This document shows, one piece after another, positions 46,994 to 58,405 of a DNA stretch of 64,000 nt (within the stretch, counting starts at the first letter, position 1; each line of letters begins with the position of its first letter). Made by a program: the position numbers and the translations under genes. The notes under the pieces were generated by a model, which searched no databases, had not been told where the DNA came from, and was given only the letters and a program-made list of their open reading frames with translations. The DNA is from Cyanobacteria bacterium P01_A01_bin.123 (lineage in GTDB: Bacteria > Cyanobacteriota > Cyanobacteriia > Phormidesmidales > Phormidesmidaceae), in assembly GCA_039815185.1 (NCBI GenBank), contig JBCBZT010000010.1:1-64000 (forward strand). The letters run 5' to 3'.

Positions 46994-49540
46994 ATGAAGT
47001 TATTCAAACTCTTCACACAGCAAATTGATCACTGGTGGCACGGTTACTTCGTCATCGGGAATCGACAATCCGATCATTTTAGGCTGCGCCGACTGGCGCT
47101 GCAGTCTGGGCTCAGGTCTAATCGCGTGGGTAACTTCCTCCGCGGCCAACTTTCGCCCATCCTCTCTAGTCAGACACCCGATCGGAGTCCGGGCGAAACA
47201 GTGGTTCGCAAACGATGTAAACGCCAGAAGGGTGTTCAACCCCCAACCTTGTTTGCGGTAGCAATGCTGACTCTGACGGCTTCCATGGGTCAACGGTTTT
47301 ACAACCAACCTGTGTTGCAAGTGGCAACCCGATCGCCGCAGGTGGTGATTGCCCCTGACTCGGCCACGGTAATCGACGAACAGAGTACTGAGGAAAGACG
47401 CATCGCCGCGCGCAATGGGGCTTTGCCCGTATTCATGATGGACGATGAAGCCAATCAGCAAACCAGCGATGGGGTGAACAATTGGTTAGAACAGGGTGAT
47501 GATCTCTGGCAACAAGCAGGGACGGTTCCTTTTGTAGAAACTGATCAGCTCTCAACCGCAAGCCAGCAATACATCCGCACAATTGACGCCTCAGAGTGGG
47601 AGACCCTCCTCCGTCAAGTGCGCAGTCGCAGTGAGCCCTTTATTCTCCCTGACGGTATTGCTCGCGCTCAAACCACCCCTTTAGTATTGACCGATCTCTC
47701 GCCTACTCAATCTGCAGTTGTACGAGAACTGCTCACCTACCGTCAGACCACCTCCCCGGCGGCCTTTACGTTGCTAACCTCCACTGTTGAACGGACACAA
47801 AGGGGGTATCGTCAAGCGATCGCAGAGATTGAGGCCCTGATGCGACAAAATTCTGAGTTGCCCCTGACTCCCGAGTTGCTTGAGTTATCTGCTGCAGACT
47901 GGCGTCAGACCCAGCGAGGCGTTCGCGCTGTTGTCAAACGCATGACGGCCCAAGGCATTGCCCAGGGATTACCGCCTGATTTATTGGAGCGCGCGATCCG
48001 CATCCAAGTTAAGGGAGAGGTTCCGGCAGCGGCAGAAGATATGGCGGTGCAGCTATTACTGGTGACTTTGCAACCCAACCTCGTGGAGGATGTAGAACGA
48101 ACCCGGGAGCAGGCAGAACAAGTCGCACAAGCGGTCGAACCCGTCATGGTTTCGGTGAGTTCTGGGGAAGTCATTGTCGCCGAGGGGGAAGAAATTACCC
48201 CGTCAGATTTTGCCTTGCTCGATCACTTTAACTTGAGCCGTCGGCGATTCAACTGGTTAGGGTTTACCGGATTTGGTGTCTTAGTCGGCGGTGGCATGTG
48301 TGTCTTTTTGCTGGTCGAAAACTTCTACCATCCAGGGTTGCGTCGTCGAGACTATGGCTTGATTGTGCTGTTGACTTGGGGAGCGGCGGGCGTGATTGCG
48401 GTGGGCATCCCCGCGATCAGTCTGGTGGCGGTAGGCCTATTGGTGGGCAGCTTTTACGGAGCAGCTTTAGGGGGTACCGTCGTCGCCCTGTTGGGGATTA
48501 TCTTGCCCATTGGCACAGCCGTCAGCGGGATTCCTCTAGCCGCCAGTGCCGCTGGCGCACTTGTGGGGGCATTGGTGGCGGCGCGACTGCGATCGCGTGA
48601 AGAATTGGCTTTGCTGGGCGGTGCCGTAGGCGTTACCCAGGGGGTAGTGCACTTGATTTTGACCTTAATGCTGAGTCCGGTGTCGAGTGCAGCCTGGTTA
48701 AATATTTTATCAGTCTCGGCGCTGCAAGCGGTATACGGCATTGCCTGCAGTATTGTCGCGATTGGCATCAGCCCCTACCTTGAACACCTATTTGATCTGG
48801 TAACCCCAATTCGCCTGGCCGAACTGTCAAACCCCAACCGTCCACTGCTTAAGCGGTTGGCCTCCGTTGCACCAGGCACATTTCAACACACGCTATTTGT
48901 ATCTTCCTTAGCCGAAGCCGCTGCCCGTGCCCTGGGGTGCAATGTGGAACTGGTGCGTGCCGGGACGCTCTACCATGACATTGGCAAAATGCATGACCCG
49001 GAAGGCTTTATTGAGAATCAGATGGGGGGTGTCAACAAGCACGACGTGATTGATGATCCCTGGGTGAGTTCAGACATCATCAAAAAGCACGTGACCAAGG
49101 GAATTGAGATGGCTCGCAAGCATCGCCTACCCAAAGCGCTGCGAGCGTTTATTCCTGAGCATCAGGGCACTATGCCAATTAGTTACTTTTATCACCAAGC
49201 CAAAGAGCGGGCAAAAGCCGATGCCAGTATCGTGGCAAGAGAGCAGGATTTCCGCTACGACGGTCCGATTCCACAAACGCCAGAAACCGGGATTGTCATG
49301 TTGGCGGATTCTTGTGAGGCTGCCCTGCGATCGCTAAAAGATGCCACTCCGGAAGAAGCCCTTGCCATGGTCAACAAGATTCTGCGAGCCCGATGGAAAG
49401 ATCAGCAATTGATCGATTCTTGCCTTACCCGCGAAAATATGGCTACGATTGCGGAGATTTTTGTACAGGTTTGGCAGCAGTATAACCACAAGCGTATTGC
49501 CTATCCTAAAGCCGCTCTGAGTGGTCGTGCTGGCGGATGA
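46994..49540 (+). CDS. 7TM-HD (HDIG) membrane phosphohydrolase, PgpH-like cyclic-dinucleotide phosphodiesterase family
   Basis: Extracellular domain, about 7 TM, APGTFQH, YHDIGK, FIENQ, H.GT, MLADSCEAA. Confidence 0.88.
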   Translation: MKLFKLFTQQIDHWWHGYFVIGNRQSDHFRLRRLALQSGLRSNRVGNFLRGQLSPILSSQTPDRSPGETVVRKRCKRQKGVQPPTLFAVAMLTLTASMGQRFYNQPVLQVATRSPQVVIAPDSATVIDEQSTEERRIAARNGALPVFMMDDEANQQTSDGVNNWLEQGDDLWQQAGTVPFVETDQLSTASQQYIRTIDASEWETLLRQVRSRSEPFILPDGIARAQTTPLVLTDLSPTQSAVVRELLTYRQTTSPAAFTLLTSTVERTQRGYRQAIAEIEALMRQNSELPLTPELLELSAADWRQTQRGVRAVVKRMTAQGIAQGLPPDLLERAIRIQVKGEVPAAAEDMAVQLLLVTLQPNLVEDVERTREQAEQVAQAVEPVMVSVSSGEVIVAEGEEITPSDFALLDHFNLSRRRFNWLGFTGFGVLVGGGMCVFLLVENFYHPGLRRRDYGLIVLLTWGAAGVIAVGIPAISLVAVGLLVGSFYGAALGGTVVALLGIILPIGTAVSGIPLAASAAGALVGALVAARLRSREELALLGGAVGVTQGVVHLILTLMLSPVSSAAWLNILSVSALQAVYGIACSIVAIGISPYLEHLFDLVTPIRLAELSNPNRPLLKRLASVAPGTFQHTLFVSSLAEAAARALGCNVELVRAGTLYHDIGKMHDPEGFIENQMGGVNKHDVIDDPWVSSDIIKKHVTKGIEMARKHRLPKALRAFIPEHQGTMPISYFYHQAKERAKADASIVAREQDFRYDGPIPQTPETGIVMLADSCEAALRSLKDATPEEALAMVNKILRARWKDQQLIDSCLTRENMATIAEIFVQVWQQYNHKRIAYPKAALSGRAGG

Positions 49541-49563
49541 TTGGTGATCACGCCTGGCAAAAG

Positions 49564-52089
49564 TTAACTGCCCGCTTCCTTTTCCTCAACATCCGCTGCC
49601 AATGCTGCCAACCTGAGGCCAATGATCTTTTCACCGCGATTAGGCGTTAGCAAGCGATCGCTGGGGGTATCTTTGCCTTGGCGGGGAATGTCTGACATCG
49701 AGAGATAAGCAATGCGATCGTTAGAGGTCATTAAGGTTGCTTGTCTTTGGGGAGCGGCTACTGCGATCGCGGCGAGGGTATCCGTTTTGGCCGTGAATTT
49801 GAAAGCTTGGGTGCCAATCCCGCCTCGTTTGGCCAGCCGCAGCGCTTTGACGGGTAGACGTTTGCAATACCCCAAGGCTGAAACCAGCATCAGCATATCT
49901 GACTCAGTCACAGAGACACAGCCCACTAACTGCTCTTGCTTCCTCAGACGTAGGGCTTGGGGGCCTTGGGCGTTGCGACCCATGATGGGTAATTCGTCGT
50001 CATCGATAGTAAAGCGTAGGATTCGCCCACCGGAAGTAGCCAGGACTAAGGTTTCCCCAGCGTTGGCCAGGGTGACAAACTGCAACTGGTCATCGCCTTT
50101 AAGCTTAAGGGCAGTCAGGCCCCGGCCCGTCAGCTGAGTAAAGTCAGCCAGGGACGAGCGCTTAATACGCCCTTGGGTGGTCACCAAAATCAAGTCTTTT
50201 GTCAGCGTGTCTTCAGACAAAACCATTTGAGCCGTAATTACATCGGGATCGGCGGACACTGAATCAGGGAGTAGATTAATCAGAGGTACGCCTTTTGCTT
50301 GCCGATGAGCTTGGGGAATATCATCAACCCGCACGGTATAGGCTTTGCCGTCTTTGGTTAGGGTCAGCAGTTCTTGATTGGTTTGAGCTGCTTCCACCTG
50401 GACAGGAAAATCCTCGACCGCTTCAAAAGCTAAAGTCTCTGGCGTTTCCTGGCGGGCTTGGCGACGTTGAAAAGCCTTTGGAGAAGACCGCTTAACATAT
50501 CCTTTTTGGGTAAATTCGAGGATGGCCGCTTCTTCTACCACTTCGGCTGCGATCTCGGCTAGCGTCTCACTTTCTGCTTGCCGTTCTGCCTCTGACTGAA
50601 TCCGTGTGCGCCGGGGATCGCCAAATTTCTTCTTCAGTGTGCGCAGTTCTTTTTTCAGCGCTTTGAGTAGTTCTCGTCGTTCTGAGAGTAGCCGTTGCAG
50701 CTGGGCCATGCGAACCGTTAGCTCGTCGTACTCAGTTTGCAGATTCTGCCGCTCTAATCCGGTTAAACGGCGTAGGGGCATAGAAAGGATAGAATCTGCC
50801 TGGCGATCGCTGAAGCCAAAGCGCCCTTGAAAACTGACCTTGGCCGTGGTGCCATCAGGAGATTGGCGCAAAATCTCAATCACCGCATCCAAATTTTCTA
50901 GTGCCATCAGCTGCCCTTCTAGGATGTGCAGCCGATTTTCAGCGCGTTCAAACTCATGGCGATACTGGCGAGTCAGGGTTTCTTCCCGGAAGTTTAAAAA
51001 CGCCTGCAGCATCTCCCGCAGCGGTAGCTGATGCGGTTGCCCTTCGTCTAAGGCGAGTAAAATGGCACCGAAGTTACTTTGCAACGCCGTTTGCTTGTAA
51101 AGGGCATTGAGTACCCGTTGGGGTTGGACTTCGCGCTTGAGTTCAATAACAACGCGCATGCCGTCGCGATCGCTTTCGTCACGAATATCGGCGATGCCGT
51201 CGATTTTGTCGTTGTTGACCAAATCCGCAATTTTTTCAATCCAGCCCGCTTTGTTGACCTGGAAGGGCAATTCCGTTACCACAATGGCATTACGTCGCTG
51301 TCGTCCCCGTCCGGGATGAATTTCTTCAAAGGTGGCAATTCCCCGCACCGGAATGCTGCCGCGTCCAGTGCGATAGGCATCTTGAACACCGCTACAGTCA
51401 ATAATTTCGCCCCCAGTGGGGAAATCCGGTCCCGGAATCAGTTCAAACAGCCGCTCATCTGAGAGATCTGGGCGATCAACCAGGGCAACTAACCCGTCTA
51501 CGACTTCCCCTAAATTGTGGGGGGGGATGTTGGTTGCCATACCCACGGCAATCCCTGAACTACCGTTGAGCAGTAGATTAGGCAATTGAGCCGGCAACAC
51601 GACCGGTTCCTGCTGAGAATTATCAAAATTATCGCTAAAATCGACCGTCGCTTCACCAATTTCACTCAGCAGAGCTTCGTGACTCATTTCGGCCAGACGG
51701 GTTTCGGTGTACCGCATAGCCGCAGGTGGGTCATTATCGACTGAGCCAAAATTGCCGTGGCCTGCCAGCAGTGGATAGCGACTGGAAAAGCTCTGTACCA
51801 TGCGCACCAGGGCGTCGTATACTGCCTGATCGCCATGGGGGTGATATTTACCGAGCACATCCCCAACCACGCGAGCACATTTTCGAAAGGGGCGGTCTGG
51901 GGTTAGGCCCAACTCATGCATGGCATAGATAATGCGGCGATGCACGGGTTTCAGCCCGTCACGGACATCGGGTAGGGCACGCCCGACAATCACGCTCATG
52001 GCATATTCCAGGTAAGAACGCTGCACCTCCGAATGTAGTGAGGTAACGATAACTTGCCCTGGGGAAAGCATATTGAGCTGTCTGGCCAT
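49564..52089 (-). CDS. gyrA: Type IIA topoisomerase subunit A (cyanobacterial second GyrA/ParC-like paralog)
   Basis: [29 protein letters not shown] active Tyr, beta-pinwheel repeats; canonical GyrA-box not seen. Confidence 0.9.
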   Translation of the reverse strand: MARQLNMLSPGQVIVTSLHSEVQRSYLEYAMSVIVGRALPDVRDGLKPVHRRIIYAMHELGLTPDRPFRKCARVVGDVLGKYHPHGDQAVYDALVRMVQSFSSRYPLLAGHGNFGSVDNDPPAAMRYTETRLAEMSHEALLSEIGEATVDFSDNFDNSQQEPVVLPAQLPNLLLNGSSGIAVGMATNIPPHNLGEVVDGLVALVDRPDLSDERLFELIPGPDFPTGGEIIDCSGVQDAYRTGRGSIPVRGIATFEEIHPGRGRQRRNAIVVTELPFQVNKAGWIEKIADLVNNDKIDGIADIRDESDRDGMRVVIELKREVQPQRVLNALYKQTALQSNFGAILLALDEGQPHQLPLREMLQAFLNFREETLTRQYRHEFERAENRLHILEGQLMALENLDAVIEILRQSPDGTTAKVSFQGRFGFSDRQADSILSMPLRRLTGLERQNLQTEYDELTVRMAQLQRLLSERRELLKALKKELRTLKKKFGDPRRTRIQSEAERQAESETLAEIAAEVVEEAAILEFTQKGYVKRSSPKAFQRRQARQETPETLAFEAVEDFPVQVEAAQTNQELLTLTKDGKAYTVRVDDIPQAHRQAKGVPLINLLPDSVSADPDVITAQMVLSEDTLTKDLILVTTQGRIKRSSLADFTQLTGRGLTALKLKGDDQLQFVTLANAGETLVLATSGGRILRFTIDDDELPIMGRNAQGPQALRLRKQEQLVGCVSVTESDMLMLVSALGYCKRLPVKALRLAKRGGIGTQAFKFTAKTDTLAAIAVAAPQRQATLMTSNDRIAYLSMSDIPRQGKDTPSDRLLTPNRGEKIIGLRLAALAADVEEKEAGS

Positions 52090-52261
52090 GAGTTGAGTTC
52101 CTTGAAATTAACCGTGATTCCCGAATCGCTTTTAACAATGCTGTAACTTATATACAAAAGCAGAAAAATGGCACAACTAGGCAAGGTAAGCTTGCTTACT
52201 TTACGGTAGTATTTGGCTGTTCTGCTGGAGACGTCGCTGACTATATTTCACAAAAAGTACT

Positions 52262-52663
52262 ATGAAAACCGTTTTGATTGTGGAAGATGACATGATTAAT
52301 GCTCGTGTCTTTTCCAAAATTTTGACCAAGCGTGGGGGACTGACGGTAAAGCATACCGAAAATGTGGAAGAAGTCATGCAGATTGCCCAAAACCATGAGG
52401 CTGATGTCATTTTGATGGATGTTTCCCTCTCTCATAGTGTGTACCAAGGTAAACCTGTGGATGGCATCAAGATTACCCAAATGCTGAAATCAGACCCGAA
52501 TACGGCCAGTTTGCCCGTAATTTTAGTTACCGCACATGCTATGGACGGCGATCGCGAGAATTTCCTCCAACAGAGCGGCGCTGATGGTTACATCTCTAAA
52601 CCCGTGGTCGATCATCAGAAGTTTGTTGATCAAATTACAGCCATGATTCCCGATGTGGGGTGA
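52262..52663 (+). CDS. Single-domain response regulator (DivK/CheY-like)
   Basis: LIVEDD, LMDVSL, VTAHAM, YISKP. Confidence 0.9.
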   Translation: MKTVLIVEDDMINARVFSKILTKRGGLTVKHTENVEEVMQIAQNHEADVILMDVSLSHSVYQGKPVDGIKITQMLKSDPNTASLPVILVTAHAMDGDRENFLQQSGADGYISKPVVDHQKFVDQITAMIPDVG

Positions 52664-52959
52664 TGGAAGATAAATACATTTGTACTGTAAATTCAGCGAA
52701 TGATCCAGTTTTCGCCTAAGGATAAGAGCACTAGCGATGCCAGCATGATCTAGTTCTGAAATCAGGACAGGTAATTATCAACTCAGTAGCTAATCGGATT
52801 GATGTGAGGTAAGGGCACGAAAAATTTCATCAAAGGCAGCAATGCCCTACTGCTTGGCAGTGTTTACGAGCGACCACACCTGAACGAACAATTCGGCCAG
52901 TCGACGTGAAAGTCATGACTCCAAATCTATACTTCTGGCTTAGTCTCCTCACTTCTGGG

Positions 52960-54744
52960 TTAGTCTCCCCTAACGATTCCCTCCCGACGCGGATCCGCAC
53001 CTCCCTCCAGTCCATTCGGTGTCACCACAATGCCGTGCAACCCACTATTCAAGTCTCGAACGCTGACGGTGTAACCCAACGCTTCTAGTTCAGTCGCTTC
53101 AGCAGCTGCAATTGTATCCTGCTCTAGATCGTAGGTGCCAAACCGATTTACCCGGTGGGGGAGATCAATTGCAGCTTGAATATCGAGTCCCCAATCGAGG
53201 TGGGCAATCAAAGTTTTAGCCACGTAACCGATAATGCGGCTACCCCCCGGTGAACCCACCACAAGATAGAGATCGTCGTTGCCATCCAAAACAATTGTGG
53301 GTGCCATTGAAGAACGGGGCCGCTTGCCCGACTCCACTCGATTGGCGACGGGCAAGCCGTCGGCTATGGGCTCAAAGGCAAAGTCAGTCAGCTGGTTGTT
53401 GAGCAGAAACCCCCGCACCATCACCCGCGACCCAAACACATTTTCAATGCTTGAGGTCATGGAGACCGCATTGCCTTCGCTATCAACAATCGATAGGTGA
53501 CTGGTGGATGGTAACTCTAGTGCGGTTCCGGAACCGAAGGACTGGGCCTCAGGTGGTGTCCCAGCAGAAACGGTTTCAAGGGCAGGGCCTTGGGGATCGA
53601 TCAAACGAGCGCGATCGCGCAAATAATCCCTATCCAACAATCCCGCCACTGGCACATCTACAAAATCCGCATCGGCCATATACACCCCCCGATCGGCGAA
53701 GGCCAATCGAGACGCCTCGCCAATCAGGTGCCAAGCTTGAGCCGAGGTTGATCCCAAAGTCGCCAGATCAAAGTGGTTGAGCATACCTAAAATTTGACCT
53801 ATCGTTAGCCCCCCCGAACTGGGTGGCCCCATACCGCAAACTTGATAGCGCCGATAGGGGATACAAACAGGGTCTCGAACTTTGGCTTCGTAGTTGGCCA
53901 AGTCATCGAGGCTCAGCAAACCGGGATTGTCAGAAACCCCTTGCACAGCCGCAACCAAGTCTGCAGCCACCGCGCCTTGATAAAACCCTGCTGATCCCTG
54001 CTCAGCAATTAGTCTCAGGGTTTGGGCGAGTTCGGGATTTTGTAGGCGATCGCCTGCCTGCAAAGGCTCGCCATCAGCGTGAAAGAAGTAGGCTTGGGTG
54101 GTGGGATAACGCCGCAGTCGGTCTTGATCTAGCGCAATTAAAGTTGCTAGACGCGGGGACACGATAAATCCGTCCTCTGCTAACTGAATGGCAGGTTCAA
54201 ACAGCTCAGCCCAAGCAAGGTTGCCATGGTGTTGATGAACCGTTTCTAAGAGCTTGACGACGCCTGGCACACCAACTGAACGGCCACCAACGACGGCATC
54301 AAAAAAGTCGAGGGGCTGACCATTAGCTTCTAAAAACAAGTCCGATGTTGCTAATTGAGGTGCGGTTTCGCGACCATCATAGGCCGTGAGTTCAGCTGCT
54401 GCTGCGTCAAAATACAGCAGGAATGCACCGCCGCCAATACCCGAAGATTGGGGCTCAACCAGGTTGAGGACGATCTGTGTGGCAATCGCGGCGTCAATCG
54501 CACTCCCCCCAGCCCGCAAAATTTTATAGCCTGCATCGACGGCGTAGGGATTGGCTGCGGCCACCATAAATGAATCTGCCCGAGTCAGCGGTTGTGCCTG
54601 ATAGCCTGTCCCTGATTCTGGCGCGATTTGCTCCGAGGGGGCCGGACTTTGTGCCCAAACGGGCAGGATAGTATGAATCCCGACGAAGCTGACCCAACTC
54701 AAAAGGGCGAGCATCAAAACTAACCCAAGCTGCGATCGCTTCAT
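52960..54744 (-). CDS. ggt: Gamma-glutamyltransferase
   Basis: GGSAIDAA, EPQSSGIGGG, DGRETAP, STSH autocleavage Thr, NNQLTDF, KRPRSSM, GSPGG, GADPRR. Confidence 0.95.
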   Translation of the reverse strand: MKRSQLGLVLMLALLSWVSFVGIHTILPVWAQSPAPSEQIAPESGTGYQAQPLTRADSFMVAAANPYAVDAGYKILRAGGSAIDAAIATQIVLNLVEPQSSGIGGGAFLLYFDAAAAELTAYDGRETAPQLATSDLFLEANGQPLDFFDAVVGGRSVGVPGVVKLLETVHQHHGNLAWAELFEPAIQLAEDGFIVSPRLATLIALDQDRLRRYPTTQAYFFHADGEPLQAGDRLQNPELAQTLRLIAEQGSAGFYQGAVAADLVAAVQGVSDNPGLLSLDDLANYEAKVRDPVCIPYRRYQVCGMGPPSSGGLTIGQILGMLNHFDLATLGSTSAQAWHLIGEASRLAFADRGVYMADADFVDVPVAGLLDRDYLRDRARLIDPQGPALETVSAGTPPEAQSFGSGTALELPSTSHLSIVDSEGNAVSMTSSIENVFGSRVMVRGFLLNNQLTDFAFEPIADGLPVANRVESGKRPRSSMAPTIVLDGNDDLYLVVGSPGGSRIIGYVAKTLIAHLDWGLDIQAAIDLPHRVNRFGTYDLEQDTIAAAEATELEALGYTVSVRDLNSGLHGIVVTPNGLEGGADPRREGIVRGD

Positions 54745-54926
54745 AACACCCCATGCTGTCCAAAATGAATTTCAAATCGAAGTCTCCCTTGCCGTCGTCA
54801 ACTGATTTTATAGCAGTTGCTAACTTGATTTGGATGACCTCAAAGATAGATTCCTAAATCTCCTCAACAATCATTGAGAGAGATTGTAGGGGATCTTCAA
54901 ATTTGGATTAACGGTGCAACTGACGC

Positions 54927-55775
54927 CTATAGCTGAGCGATCAGCGCTGTCATCTCGGGGATATTGAAGAATGTTTGGGTGGCGGTCAGTAGGTCGCTGC
55001 CCCACAGGTTTTCATCTAAAAAGTCAATGTCGGCATAGCGGCTGTCTCGCTCTAGGGCCTCTGTACCCATCTCAATCGCAGTGGTGCGATCGCCTTGAGC
55101 AAAGAGTGCTACTGCGATCGCGAGTCTGGGTTCTGACTCACCGTCGCTCATTTCTAGGGCTTCCTGCCATTTTTGAATCGCACCATCCACATCACCCTGC
55201 TCATAAAGCACCAAGCCGATATTATTGACCGCAGGCCAAAAGTCTTCTTCTAAATCAGCGGCTTGCTGATATCGAGCGATCGCGTCTTCATAGCGCTCTA
55301 GCTTGTAATAGGCATTACCTAAATCAAATAATGCCCCTGGGTTATCGGCTTCAAGTTGTAAGCCAGCTTCCAAAGAGTTGGCCGCCTGCAAATATTGCCC
55401 TTGGCGAAAATAGACAGTTCCCAAGGCAAACAGTACCGGGATATTGTCAGATTCAAGGCTTTTGGCGCGTTCTAGAGCAGTCGCAGCATTATCTAAGTCC
55501 TCAATCTGGAGATAAAGACTCCCGAGCAAACCCCATACGTTAGCGTTATCTGGCAACAGCTGAGTGGCTAATTGAGCCCGTGATAGCGCTGCTTGGACTT
55601 GCTGAAACTGGGCGAGTTGAGCGGCTTCACTGGCGAGTTGTAATCCTGCTTGGTCAAGCTGATCTTGATCCAAGGGCAAGGTGTAGGGCAACAGCGCTTG
55701 GGAAAAGGCCGGACGCTGAGTCCCCAGAAACGTAGCCGCAATCAGCAAAGAAACAATATAAAGACGCTTCAGCAC
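54927..55775 (-). CDS. Exported tetratricopeptide-repeat protein
   Basis: Signal peptide, multiple TPRs, FWPAVNNIGL, conserved NLWG..L. Confidence 0.85.
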   Translation of the reverse strand: MLKRLYIVSLLIAATFLGTQRPAFSQALLPYTLPLDQDQLDQAGLQLASEAAQLAQFQQVQAALSRAQLATQLLPDNANVWGLLGSLYLQIEDLDNAATALERAKSLESDNIPVLFALGTVYFRQGQYLQAANSLEAGLQLEADNPGALFDLGNAYYKLERYEDAIARYQQAADLEEDFWPAVNNIGLVLYEQGDVDGAIQKWQEALEMSDGESEPRLAIAVALFAQGDRTTAIEMGTEALERDSRYADIDFLDENLWGSDLLTATQTFFNIPEMTALIAQL

Positions 55776-55824
55776 AGGATTCCGCTTGATAATTGAGTAA
55801 CCATTCTCTTGCAGTCAGCTTAGC

Positions 55825-56802
55825 TTATCTAGAGTCTTTTGCGGCAGCCGCTGCATTCCGCCGCCACATCTCAGGTTTAATCCGTCGCAGAGCTGAAGCA
55901 GGAAATCGTTGATTCCACTCTGCTTCAGACAAGTTAGCTAAATCTGTGAGGGCTGGCGCGACATTCCAAGGATAGGGCTGAAAATCTTCCAGGTCTGTAG
56001 ATTGGGCAAACCGCTGATTCCAGGGGCAAACGTCCTGGCAGATATCGCAGCCTGCGACCCAGCCGTTAAGGTTAGCCGCGATCGCAGGGGGTAGGGTATC
56101 ACTACGGTTTTCAATCGTGTGGTAAGCGATGCAGCGGTTGGCGTCCACGACGGTAGGGGCTCGAATCGCCTGGGTCGGGCAAGCCGCTAGACATTGGGTA
56201 CAGGTGCCGCAGTGGGCTGTATGGGGGCGATCGGCTTCCAGCACTAAATTAGTCAAAACTTCCCCCAACACGACCCAAGAGCCATAGTCGCGGGTGATCA
56301 GGTTACCATTCTTGGCGATCCAGCCGAGCCCTGCGGTCTGGGCCCAAAACTTGTCCTGCACTGGGCCCGTGTCAGCGTAATGGCGAGTTACAACGGCGAT
56401 GTTCTGGTCAGCGGCTTGGGCTGTTAACCATTGGGCCAAGGCTTTGAGCCGTTTCTGCAAAATTTTGTGGTAATCACGTCCCCAGCCGTAGCGGGCAATT
56501 TTGCCGTATGCGGCATCATCCGGTCGTTCATGGGGGGTGTAATAGTTGAGCGCCACACAAATGACTGAGCGCACCGCAGGCATCACCTGACGAATGTTGT
56601 GCCGCTTGGGGTTATGCATCCAGGCCATGTCAGCGTCATAACCCTGGTTGAGCCAGTGCAGTAGCGCGGCTTGGGTGGCAGCTTCATCGGGCGGCAATGC
56701 AGCATCAGAATCCAGGGGTTCAACCCGAGCAATACCCACTTTCTGAAATCCCAGTTCCAGGGCTTTTTGCTTGACTTGCGGCGCGGTAATGGGTGTGACC
56801 AT
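55825..56802 (-). CDS. queG: Epoxyqueuosine reductase
   Basis: YGWGRDYH, DTGPV, CGTCTQCLAACPT, CIAYHTIE, GCDICQDVCPWN. Confidence 0.95.
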   Translation of the reverse strand: MVTPITAPQVKQKALELGFQKVGIARVEPLDSDAALPPDEAATQAALLHWLNQGYDADMAWMHNPKRHNIRQVMPAVRSVICVALNYYTPHERPDDAAYGKIARYGWGRDYHKILQKRLKALAQWLTAQAADQNIAVVTRHYADTGPVQDKFWAQTAGLGWIAKNGNLITRDYGSWVVLGEVLTNLVLEADRPHTAHCGTCTQCLAACPTQAIRAPTVVDANRCIAYHTIENRSDTLPPAIAANLNGWVAGCDICQDVCPWNQRFAQSTDLEDFQPYPWNVAPALTDLANLSEAEWNQRFPASALRRIKPEMWRRNAAAAAKDSR

Positions 56803-56855
56803 AGAGACTGCCTAAATTCCCGCCCATGGGGCACGGGTTCGATATCCGGTAACGC

Positions 56856-57401
56856 CTATGGATTTAAGGGCGCAACATTAACCCGCCTGGGGTCACCGCG
56901 ACGAAGGACGCGAGTATTTTGAATAATTGTGTTGGAGTAGCTTGGCGTCACCGCTCCAGGATGATTGTGGATAACGACACCGGAATACCCATAAGCACTG
57001 GGATGACGATAAACCTGGGGATTGGTAATCACCAGTGTCGATTGCCCCCCGTTCACAGAGTATGTGGTGGTGCTGTATGTGGTTTGAGGGAACCGATAAG
57101 TCGTCGAATAAGGGGGATAACCATGGTGGCCCCGATGGTGAGGTGTACCAAGAGAGAGACCAAAGCCAGGGGTTTGAATCGTGAGTCTACCATTGCCACC
57201 AACTACCACTACCCCATCGGCTTGGGCCGGTTGACTGCCCAGCGTGGTCATTAAAGCCACAGCGGATATCAACGCAGCACTTAAGATGGTTAGCGTAGTG
57301 ATAGGGGACTGCTGCTTTGTCTGAAGCCGTTGCTTTGCAGCTATCTCAGCGGGCCGAGCTGCCAGGCCTGAAGCGTTTTGGGCGATAGGGATGTTAGCCA
57401 T
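56856..57401 (-). CDS. Hypothetical secreted/low-complexity protein
   Basis: Hydrophobic segment ending AQA, then a Gly/His/Tyr/Thr-rich region. Confidence 0.55.
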   Translation of the reverse strand: MANIPIAQNASGLAARPAEIAAKQRLQTKQQSPITTLTILSAALISAVALMTTLGSQPAQADGVVVVGGNGRLTIQTPGFGLSLGTPHHRGHHGYPPYSTTYRFPQTTYSTTTYSVNGGQSTLVITNPQVYRHPSAYGYSGVVIHNHPGAVTPSYSNTIIQNTRVLRRGDPRRVNVAPLNP

Positions 57402-57539
57402 GGATCTGGGTCTCAAACTCTAAGGAACGTCACTCGAATCAGTTGCCAAGGATTGATATTAGTAGACGCTTGACCTTTCCTCTAGCATAGCCAGTTTTTT
57501 AGAATCAATGAGTATGGTGTTACGTAGGCAAACAGACTC

Positions 57540-58154
57540 GTGAGTTCTGAACAATTTAGTGATGCGACCCCCAATGCTTCCCCGCCGGAACCGCTCCAGC
57601 CAGCTTCTTCCTTGACGTCGAACGATGATACAGAAAACCTGGATACTGCCAAGGTAGAATTTGCAGCCGGGCTAGATGCGTTTGAGCGGGGTAATTACCG
57701 TCAGTCCATCCAGCATTTGGAGGAGGCAATGGCCCTCTCGAACCGAATCTCTCGGTTTGGGGGTGAGGTGCAGACTTGGTTGGTGAATGCTTATGCCGCA
57801 GGCGATCGCGCCCAAGATGCCGTTACCCTGTGTGAAAAGCTGAGCCGCCATCCCGATATTGAAACTCGTAAGCAGGGCAAACGGCTGCTGTATATCCTCA
57901 AAGCGCCAAAACTCAAAAGCCGCCCAGAATGGTTGACCCAAATTCCGGACTTAGACGCGATTCATGAAAATGGTAAAGATCTAACGCCGCGATCGCGGCC
58001 TGCCAATCTACCCCGACCCAATCGACGCAAAGCGCCTGATCCTGATCTCACCCCTATCGACTGGAGCCAGATTAACACGGGAGATAACGCTTTTTTGTGG
58101 CTAGCCTTGGGTGCTGCCGTCATAATTTTGGGAGGCTTGTGGTGGTTTAGTTAA
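57540..58154 (+). CDS. TPR-containing membrane-anchored conserved cyanobacterial protein
   Basis: AFERGNYRQS, GGEVQ.WLV.AY, LLYIL.APKL..RPEWLT.IP, C-terminal TM. Confidence 0.75.
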   Translation: MSSEQFSDATPNASPPEPLQPASSLTSNDDTENLDTAKVEFAAGLDAFERGNYRQSIQHLEEAMALSNRISRFGGEVQTWLVNAYAAGDRAQDAVTLCEKLSRHPDIETRKQGKRLLYILKAPKLKSRPEWLTQIPDLDAIHENGKDLTPRSRPANLPRPNRRKAPDPDLTPIDWSQINTGDNAFLWLALGAAVIILGGLWWFS

Positions 58155-58405
58155 GGCGAACATTCAATAAATTGACTCAACCCGGGCAAATCTTCAGGGT
58201 GTCTGGTGCTAGCCTTGAAAGGCTTAAATAAGCCCCTGCGCCATTGGCAACGCAGATTTAGACAGGGCTGTCAGTTGTGAATCTCACTTGGGCACACTTC
58301 AAGGGAGATGGATGTGTCAGATTTTGGGGGGTGCGATCCAAGTCAGTTGAGGCTTATCAACTGGATTACAGCGTCGCCTTACCATCATGGGTAGCACGAG
58401 ACAGC

